From a bacterium (lineage in GTDB: Bacteria; Babelota; Babeliae; Babelales; RVW-14), in NCBI GenBank assembly GCA_043822925.1, contig JBDRBF010000015.1:1-11826 (forward strand): a stretch of DNA of 11,826 bases. The letters run 5' to 3'. Position 1 is the first letter of the stretch. Every line of letters starts with the position of its first letter. Both the position numbers and the translations under genes were made by a program. The notes below the pieces were generated by a model. That model was given only the letters and a program-made list of their open reading frames with translations. It did not search any database and was not told the origin of the DNA. This document shows, piece by piece, positions 6,447-11,826 of the stretch.

Positions 6447-7460
6447 ATGAAGAAGCTTTCGTTTTTCACGTTAACTCTAACCCTAAGCTTAATATGCTAC
6501 AATCACACAGCTTTTGCCGAACAAAACGATGGTTATGAATCAGACAACGAAGATATCGCAAAAGTAGTCTCTAAATCAAAGTCAAAAATCGCAACAAAAT
6601 TCTTTACAACAAAATTGACACAAATAGCAGGACTAACCGATCAAATTTCTACAAATCTTTTATTTTTAAACGCAATAGAAAAAGAAGAAAAAGATGCAGC
6701 CAAAAGTTTTTCACAAAATATCAAAAGAAGCCTAAAAAAAGATCTTACCGAACTCGCGAAAAAAACAACTTTTGTAATCGACCATCTCTTTGAACTCAAG
6801 TTATTCAAAAAATTTAAAATAAAAAATTCGAAAAAAATACAACAACTAAAAAATAATTGCGCCAACATACAACAAGACATAAAAAACAACGCTTCTATCG
6901 AAAACAAAACGCTTAAAGAACTTCTTTTACTTACAATTGAAGTAAGCAACCTAACAAAAGAAGCTATCGATAACGCATTTATGACAACAAGAACAAAAAT
7001 AATTCTTACAACACTGACACTTACCACTATTACACTTATTGCTGCTGGCTTCTATTTCGGCTGGTGGAAAACCGGATATACAAAAGTAACAAGCTTCGAA
7101 TACAAAGAAACCGTCAACCAAGCAAATCAAGCAGCAAAGAACGCAATCACATCTATTAAAGAAAGCACTAAAAACGCTATCTATTCTATTACTATTCGTC
7201 TTCAGAACGTTCTTAAAAAATTAAGCTTATCAGGAAAAACAAAAGCCCCAATAATAGAACCAGTAATAACAGATCCAGTAATAACAGCCCCAGTAATAAC
7301 AGATCCAGCAATAACAGACCCAGTAATAACAGACCCAGTAACTTTAAAAAACTACGATATCGATGGCGCGATAAACTGTGCAAAACAATGCTTCCAAAAA
7401 GTAACTTACTATAACATAGAAGCCTGCACAATTAGATGCATCGAAAACCGTAAAATATAA
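6447..7460 (+). CDS. Paralog P2: signal peptide, helical domain, TM, Pro/Thr repeat stalk and Cys tail (337 aa)
   Basis: GGGAG RBS. Signal peptide ending TAFA, NDGYESD motif, TM ending GFYFGWW, PVITD repeats, terminal CAKQC-x11-CTIRC. Confidence 0.9.
   Translation: MKKLSFFTLTLTLSLICYNHTAFAEQNDGYESDNEDIAKVVSKSKSKIATKFFTTKLTQIAGLTDQISTNLLFLNAIEKEEKDAAKSFSQNIKRSLKKDLTELAKKTTFVIDHLFELKLFKKFKIKNSKKIQQLKNNCANIQQDIKNNASIENKTLKELLLLTIEVSNLTKEAIDNAFMTTRTKIILTTLTLTTITLIAAGFYFGWWKTGYTKVTSFEYKETVNQANQAAKNAITSIKESTKNAIYSITIRLQNVLKKLSLSGKTKAPIIEPVITDPVITAPVITDPAITDPVITDPVTLKNYDIDGAINCAKQCFQKVTYYNIEACTIRCIENRKI
7260..7341 (+). repeat. In-frame 15-bp tandem repeat (CCAGYAATAACAGMY), 5 full units plus a partial unit
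   Basis: Units start at 7260, 7275, 7290, 7305 and 7320, partial at 7335. Encodes PVITD-PVITA-PVITD-PAITD-PVITD-PV. Confidence 0.97.
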
Positions 7461-7495
7461 ACCCAAGGCCTAAAAACATTATAAGGGAACCAAAA

Positions 7496-8527
7496 ATGAA
7501 AAAAATACTACTTTTTGCACTTGTGCTTATCGCAGGAACAACAAATATATTCTCCATGGAAGCCCCAGAATTCACACTCGATTTAACAGATGTAAATGAT
7601 TCAGGGTACGACTCAGATGATGACCAATACTTAAACGATATTCCAGCGAAAAAAGAACTTGCAAGCAACCTAATCGAAAATAAAATAAACAAACTCGATA
7701 ACTTATTAAATAACGTTACAAGCATGCTTAAACTTCAGGAAGATTTAACAAAAAAAGACACCGACCTCACGATAGATACAAAAAAAAGAATAGATAAAAC
7801 AATTAAGAAAATTGCAAAAAAAATAAACTTCACCGAAAAAGTATTAGTCAAAGACGAACTCAAAGAATTATTTGACCCAAATTTTCAACAAAGTGTACAA
7901 ACAAGACTTACTTTAGCAAAAGAATTCTCAGAAGCATTAACAGACAGATATGAACAACTTATAAAAAAGCTTGAAGAAAAAAGCTTTGCCGAAAAAGCAG
8001 GATCATATCTCCTAAATAATACGATACAATTATTAAAAAACATAAAAGCATTTGTTTTCAGTAAAAAAGGCATGGTCACGATAGGCGTTGCCTGCGCAGC
8101 TATTCTTGTACTCGCGTTTGTACTTAACCAATATTTTGGCTTTGTTATCGGCCTCACCGTAGATTTTGCAAAAATAGGAAACTATTTTGTTTGGCTCGGT
8201 GAAAAAATCACAGACGCAGCAAAAGATCTTGGCAATGGCGCTGTAACAATCGGTAAGAAGCTCATTGAATACGGTAAACTTTGCTTGCAATATGCCATTG
8301 TAAAACCAGCAGCATACATCAAAGGCAAAACAACTCACTTTGGAAAAGCTACATACAATTATCTCCAAGCCTATTTATGTGAATCAAAGAAAAATGGGAT
8401 TCAGCACAGAATTGGATTATTAGAAAAAACAGGAGAGATATTAATAACAGAATCTAATCGCCTACTCGCTGAAGCAAAAAGCTTAAAAGAAAGATTGAAC
8501 CATCTCACCTGCGCTCAACAAAGTTAA
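7496..8527 (+). CDS. Paralog P3: signal peptide, DSGYDS motif, helical/coiled-coil domain, TM, helical tail (343 aa)
   Basis: AAGGGA RBS, 35 bp after P2. Signal peptide MKKILLFALVLIAGTTNIFS, DSGYDSDDD at 7598-7624, TM MVTIGVACAAILVLAFVL then NQYFGF. Confidence 0.9.
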   Translation: MKKILLFALVLIAGTTNIFSMEAPEFTLDLTDVNDSGYDSDDDQYLNDIPAKKELASNLIENKINKLDNLLNNVTSMLKLQEDLTKKDTDLTIDTKKRIDKTIKKIAKKINFTEKVLVKDELKELFDPNFQQSVQTRLTLAKEFSEALTDRYEQLIKKLEEKSFAEKAGSYLLNNTIQLLKNIKAFVFSKKGMVTIGVACAAILVLAFVLNQYFGFVIGLTVDFAKIGNYFVWLGEKITDAAKDLGNGAVTIGKKLIEYGKLCLQYAIVKPAAYIKGKTTHFGKATYNYLQAYLCESKKNGIQHRIGLLEKTGEILITESNRLLAEAKSLKERLNHLTCAQQS

Positions 8528-8542
8528 AATATAAATAGAACG

Positions 8543-8601
8543 AATAAGAGAAAGGCCCTTGCTCCTGCCAGTCGTGCAAGAATAAGGGCCTTTCTCTTAT
8601 T
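8543..8601. terminator. Long hairpin after P3 (probable terminator)
   Basis: Perfect 18-bp stem AATAAGAGAAAGGCCCTT / AAGGGCCTTTCTCTTATT with an imperfect inner extension. Related to the hairpin at 11120-11172. Confidence 0.75.
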
Positions 8602-8648
8602 AAGTCTTTAACTTTTTTAAATCTTCATTAAATAGAAAGTATAATAAT

Positions 8649-9257
8649 ATGAAAAACCATATTATTTTTTCACTCGCGTTTATTTTCTGCATCGCTCATC
8701 ACATCTCTGCCACAGAAAAGCCAGAACAAAGCAATTCGAGAAACTACACAGAATACAAAAAACAAAGATCCCATATTTTCAAACATATAAAAACACAAAA
8801 AGACGCATTAAAACTACTCGAAAAAGAAGCTGAACAAATACAAATAAAAATCAACACTCTTATAAAAAACAAAAAAAACATAAATTTCATAAAACTAAAG
8901 CAAGATTTCAACGATTACGCCATTTACGCACTGAGTCTCTTTCCCTGTAGCCAGCCATACGATGAAGAAATAGAAGAACAAGAAAAAATAGAAGAAATTA
9001 ATCTCACAAAAAACAATATCGAAAAAAATAGAAGAATACTCATGCATCACATACATTTTATTTTTGAAGAAATATTAAAACTCGATGCCTGCAAATTAAT
9101 CCAAGAAAAAAATAATAATAAAATAGAAGAATTTAATAATAAATTTAAAAAAATAGATCCACAAGAAGACTCCCCAATCGAAGAACATATTCTACAAACG
9201 CTAAATCTTGCCAAGCAGGCAAAAACATTGATACTCACAAATCTTATTAAAAAATAA
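8649..9257 (+). CDS. Paralog P4: secreted soluble member lacking the TM anchor (202 aa)
   Basis: Signal peptide MKNHIIFSLAFIFCIAHHISA. IKTQKDALKLLEKEA matches P1 and ILKLDACKLIQEKNNNKIE matches P5 LLNLDVCKTIKNKNNKEIQ. Ends at TLILTNLIKK with no hydrophobic anchor. Confidence 0.88.
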   Translation: MKNHIIFSLAFIFCIAHHISATEKPEQSNSRNYTEYKKQRSHIFKHIKTQKDALKLLEKEAEQIQIKINTLIKNKKNINFIKLKQDFNDYAIYALSLFPCSQPYDEEIEEQEKIEEINLTKNNIEKNRRILMHHIHFIFEEILKLDACKLIQEKNNNKIEEFNNKFKKIDPQEDSPIEEHILQTLNLAKQAKTLILTNLIKK

Positions 9258-9272
9258 ACACAAAAAAACATT

Positions 9273-10280
9273 ATGAAAAAACATATTTTTTTTACTCTCG
9301 CTCTTTTTTTAGGCCTCGCATCGCACACCAATCATGCCCATAGCATGAAAAAAGATAATGGCTACGGCTCTGACACGAACTCTGACACTGAAACCGAAAC
9401 TACAAAAATAACAACTCAAGACATTGCCATAGATATTCTGAAAAAAAAAGCGATAAAACTCAGCAAAATCGCAGCCAAACTTAAAAAACTGATGCAAAAC
9501 GGCGCCAAAAATAATCTCGAAAAAGAAACAAAGATTCAAATAAAAATAAAATTACTGTTAGATAAAACAGACTTTATCACAAACACGCTATTAAACCTCG
9601 ATGTCTGTAAGACGATTAAAAACAAAAACAATAAAGAAATACAGCTACTCCAAGAAAAAAGTAACAAGTTGCGCAACCAGATAACGAAAAACACATTCAA
9701 AGAGATCGCGCCTCAAATACTTGCCCTAACGCTTGAAACAAATAATTTTATTTGCAACCTACTTACAAGTGAAACAAACCAAGAAAAAAGCTCACGAGAA
9801 AAATACAATAAAACGATAAAAATTATCGGCATAACAGTTCTTGTGATAGTCGGAGTAGCAACAATCATCTCCACGGGAGTTTATCTCGGCTGGTGGAACA
9901 ACCCTTGTACGACACTACTGGAAAAAATTAGAAACAACAGCCCCGCAACGGGTGACAAAGTAACTTGTTTTGATACATGTATAGCCCAATATAAAGATTC
10001 AAACTGTATCCCCGAATACACTGCTGGGCACCTAACCAAGCCTTGTCTCATCGAAGAATTATGCAAACCAGATCTTTGCATTCTAGATAATAACGCTCAA
10101 ATCACGACTTTCGATAATTGCATAAAAAACAAATGCACTCCGATACAAATAGGCCGCAATCCTAAAAGGCCACACGACATATATTATAAAATAAAACGCT
10201 CAAATCTACTCCCTGAAAACTCTAGCGGGATGCGCTGTCTTGAGGATGATAGAAAAAGATGCGAAATTTATATTAATTAA
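9273..10280 (+). CDS. Paralog P5: signal peptide, helical domain, TM, Cys-rich C-terminal domain (335 aa)
   Basis: 15 bp after P4. Signal peptide ending HAHS, DNGYGSD motif, ITTQDIAIDILKKKA, TM ending GVYLGWW, 11 Cys after the TM. Confidence 0.9.
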   Translation: MKKHIFFTLALFLGLASHTNHAHSMKKDNGYGSDTNSDTETETTKITTQDIAIDILKKKAIKLSKIAAKLKKLMQNGAKNNLEKETKIQIKIKLLLDKTDFITNTLLNLDVCKTIKNKNNKEIQLLQEKSNKLRNQITKNTFKEIAPQILALTLETNNFICNLLTSETNQEKSSREKYNKTIKIIGITVLVIVGVATIISTGVYLGWWNNPCTTLLEKIRNNSPATGDKVTCFDTCIAQYKDSNCIPEYTAGHLTKPCLIEELCKPDLCILDNNAQITTFDNCIKNKCTPIQIGRNPKRPHDIYYKIKRSNLLPENSSGMRCLEDDRKRCEIYIN

Positions 10281-10316
10281 TAAAACATCTAAAAAATATT
10301 CCCAAAAAAATTCCTG

Positions 10317-10363
10317 CTGTTATCCTACAGAAAATTTGGTACAAGTGGTGTACCAAAAAACAT
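10317..10363 (+). promoter_or_regulatory. Putative promoter/leader block upstream of P6 (TGtTATCCT plus TGGTGTACCA)
   Basis: Homologous to 6370-6416 (36/47 identical). Followed by an AGGAG RBS at 10379-10383. Confidence 0.65.
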
Positions 10364-10391
10364 CCCAATCTTTCTTACAGGAGAATACGTT

Positions 10392-11090
10392 ATGAAGAAA
10401 TTTACTTTATTATCCATAGCCATTTTGATTGGCCTCGTATCTTCCACCAATAATACTTTTACAATGAAAATGCCTAATGAACTTTGCAAACAACTTGAAG
10501 AGCTTCACAATTTAAGTCAAAGCATCAAAAACAACCAAAAAGAGATTACCGACTTAAACATATATAACGAAACAAATAAAATCGAAGCAACACCTGAAGA
10601 AGAAAAAACGATTTGCGACAAAAACACAGAAATCACAACACAAAAAAATAATTTCCTAACAACAGCACAAAATATTATTATCCTGATACAGGATTTCAGT
10701 CCAATAAAAACCAAAGAGCTTGATTCGCTTACAAAAGAAATAAAGCAATTAACAGGAGATAGTCTCCCTGATAAAAAAATTGCCGAAGTATTAAAAAAAC
10801 TTGGCAAGAGCTATGAATCTCTTGCCAATAAAAAAAGCTCTAATTGCTTCATAACATTCAAAGTGATGCTCATCATATCATTTGTAATAATGGTAACTGC
10901 AATCATTATCGCACGGATCCAAAACATTGACATAAATAACCTATGGGACAATCTGACAAAAAATAAAAACATTGAACAATGTGTTCGCATGGTAAATAAC
11001 TTTTTAAACAAAACAGCTGAAATGATCATTAAAAAAGCATCCATAAGCCGTGACCATCTCTGCCTAAATTATGGCAAATTCTGCGACTAA
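10392..11090 (+). CDS. Paralog P6: signal peptide, shorter helical domain, TM (232 aa)
   Basis: AGGAG RBS. Signal peptide MKKFTLLSIAILIGLVSS.., LHNLSQSIKNNQKEITDL matches P1 LKNLAQSIEKNQKRINTL, TM VMLIISFVIMVTAIIIA. Confidence 0.88.
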   Translation: MKKFTLLSIAILIGLVSSTNNTFTMKMPNELCKQLEELHNLSQSIKNNQKEITDLNIYNETNKIEATPEEEKTICDKNTEITTQKNNFLTTAQNIIILIQDFSPIKTKELDSLTKEIKQLTGDSLPDKKIAEVLKKLGKSYESLANKKSSNCFITFKVMLIISFVIMVTAIIIARIQNIDINNLWDNLTKNKNIEQCVRMVNNFLNKTAEMIIKKASISRDHLCLNYGKFCD

Positions 11091-11119
11091 CAACGAACAT
11101 TAAATACAAAAACAAATCT

Positions 11120-11172
11120 TAGCACAAAGCCCTTGCTCTTACACAACCAGTAAGACCAAGGGCTTTGTGCTA
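11120..11172. terminator. Long hairpin closing the paralog array
   Basis: Perfect 16-bp stem TAGCACAAAGCCCTTG / CAAGGGCTTTGTGCTA, a C-C mismatch, then TCTTAC/GTAAGA and a 7-nt loop. No clear U-tract. Confidence 0.65.
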
Positions 11173-11220
11173 TCATATTGTACAATGCCTGCGTAATCGA
11201 TTAGCATAGAAATAGTAATT

Positions 11221-11280
11221 AGGGTGAGCGCGAGTACTGGCACGGTCATGAAGGCAAAAAACATGGAGAAAGGGTGAGCG
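11221..11280 (+). repeat. 10-bp direct repeat AGGGTGAGCG in the ATPase leader, 50 bp apart
   Basis: Exact copies at 11221-11230 and 11271-11280; the second abuts the ATG at 11281. Confidence 0.8.
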
Positions 11281-11826
11281 ATGAATGACCTAGAAAACAC
11301 ATATCAACCGGAAAATACAAACAAAATTGAAAACGCGTATCAAATTGAAACCAATAAACTTGCAATACTTATAAACTCAGATATTAATACCGGGCTGACT
11401 GAACAAGCAGCCCAAAAAATTTTACACGCACGTGGAGCCAATTCTCTTCCCTCTAAAAAACAAACCTCTTTTCTTTCTATTATTATCAGGCAATTTCTTA
11501 ATCCTCTCATGTTCATATTGGTTATATCTACCATTATAAGTTTAGCTATAAAACAAATAACAGACGCAACAGTAATCCTAATCGCTATCGTAATAAATAG
11601 TATTTTAGGAATAATACAAGAATGGAAGGCAGATCAAGCGCTACAAAAATTACGCTCGTTTGAAGAACCTGAATGCACGGTAAAACGTGACGGAACTATA
11701 ACAAAAATCGCGACAAAAAACTTAGTTGTCGGCGATCTTGTTATCTTAACTGCTGGAGCACGCGTACCTGCAGATATTCGCTTAATAGAGGTTATCGACT
11801 GTACTATTGACGAAGCATTACTAACC
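11281..11826 (+). CDS. Cation-translocating P-type ATPase, type II (Ca2+-ATPase/PacL-like); 5' part only
   Basis: Manual translation: MNDLENTYQ...GLTEQAAQKILHARGANSLP...RQFLNPLMFILVI...NSILGIIQEWKADQALQKL...VKRDG...LVVGDLVILTAGARVPADIRLI...IDEALLT. It ends where the A-domain TGES motif is expected and is open to the window edge. Confidence 0.95.
   Translation, partial: MNDLENTYQPENTNKIENAYQIETNKLAILINSDINTGLTEQAAQKILHARGANSLPSKKQTSFLSIIIRQFLNPLMFILVISTIISLAIKQITDATVILIAIVINSILGIIQEWKADQALQKLRSFEEPECTVKRDGTITKIATKNLVVGDLVILTAGARVPADIRLIEVIDCTIDEALLT

Noticed and set aside
6641-11044. Hydrophobic minus-strand ORFs across the array, including the Leu-repeat ORF 7213-7431
   Set aside because: Antisense shadows of A-rich, Lys/Asn-rich coding sequence and of the 15-bp repeat.
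5431-11090. Integron cassette array, prophage or diversity-generating retroelement as the origin of the tandem genes
   Set aside because: No integrase, reverse transcriptase or phage genes. The hairpins lack attC RYYYAAC/GTTRRRY ends and do not follow every gene. No near-identical template/variable repeat pair was seen.
11290-11358. Short duplication at the ATPase N-terminus (ENTYQPENTNK / ENAYQIETNK)
   Set aside because: Probably a real but degenerate duplication in a variable N-terminal tail, with no sign of function.

Overview
AT-rich bacterial window. The lifestyle looks host-associated, and the secreted-protein style resembles Candidatus Dependentiae/TM6; this taxonomy is inferred, not shown. 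Left to right: (1) a signal-peptide M49 dipeptidyl-peptidase III on the minus strand, running off the left edge and missing from the ORF track; (2) a divergent MNT-HEPN toxin-antitoxin pair overlapping directly into ruvB, with an in-frame TAA in the antitoxin; (3) a nested palindromic-repeat cluster, then brnQ; (4) six tandem, diverged paralogous orphan genes at 5431-11090; (5) the 5' part of a type II P-type cation ATPase with a possibly structured leader. The six-gene array is the strongest candidate for an undescribed system. All members have a signal peptide and a Lys-rich helical domain. Five have one TM helix, usually ending in G-x-Y-x-G-W-W, followed by an unrelated C-terminal tail. Three carry an N-terminal D-x-G-Y-x-S-D-like motif, one an exact DSGYDS match to the eukaryotic beta-TrCP phosphodegron. 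The array also shares a duplicated promoter/leader and a hairpin family with compensatory changes. All functional interpretations of the array are hypotheses.
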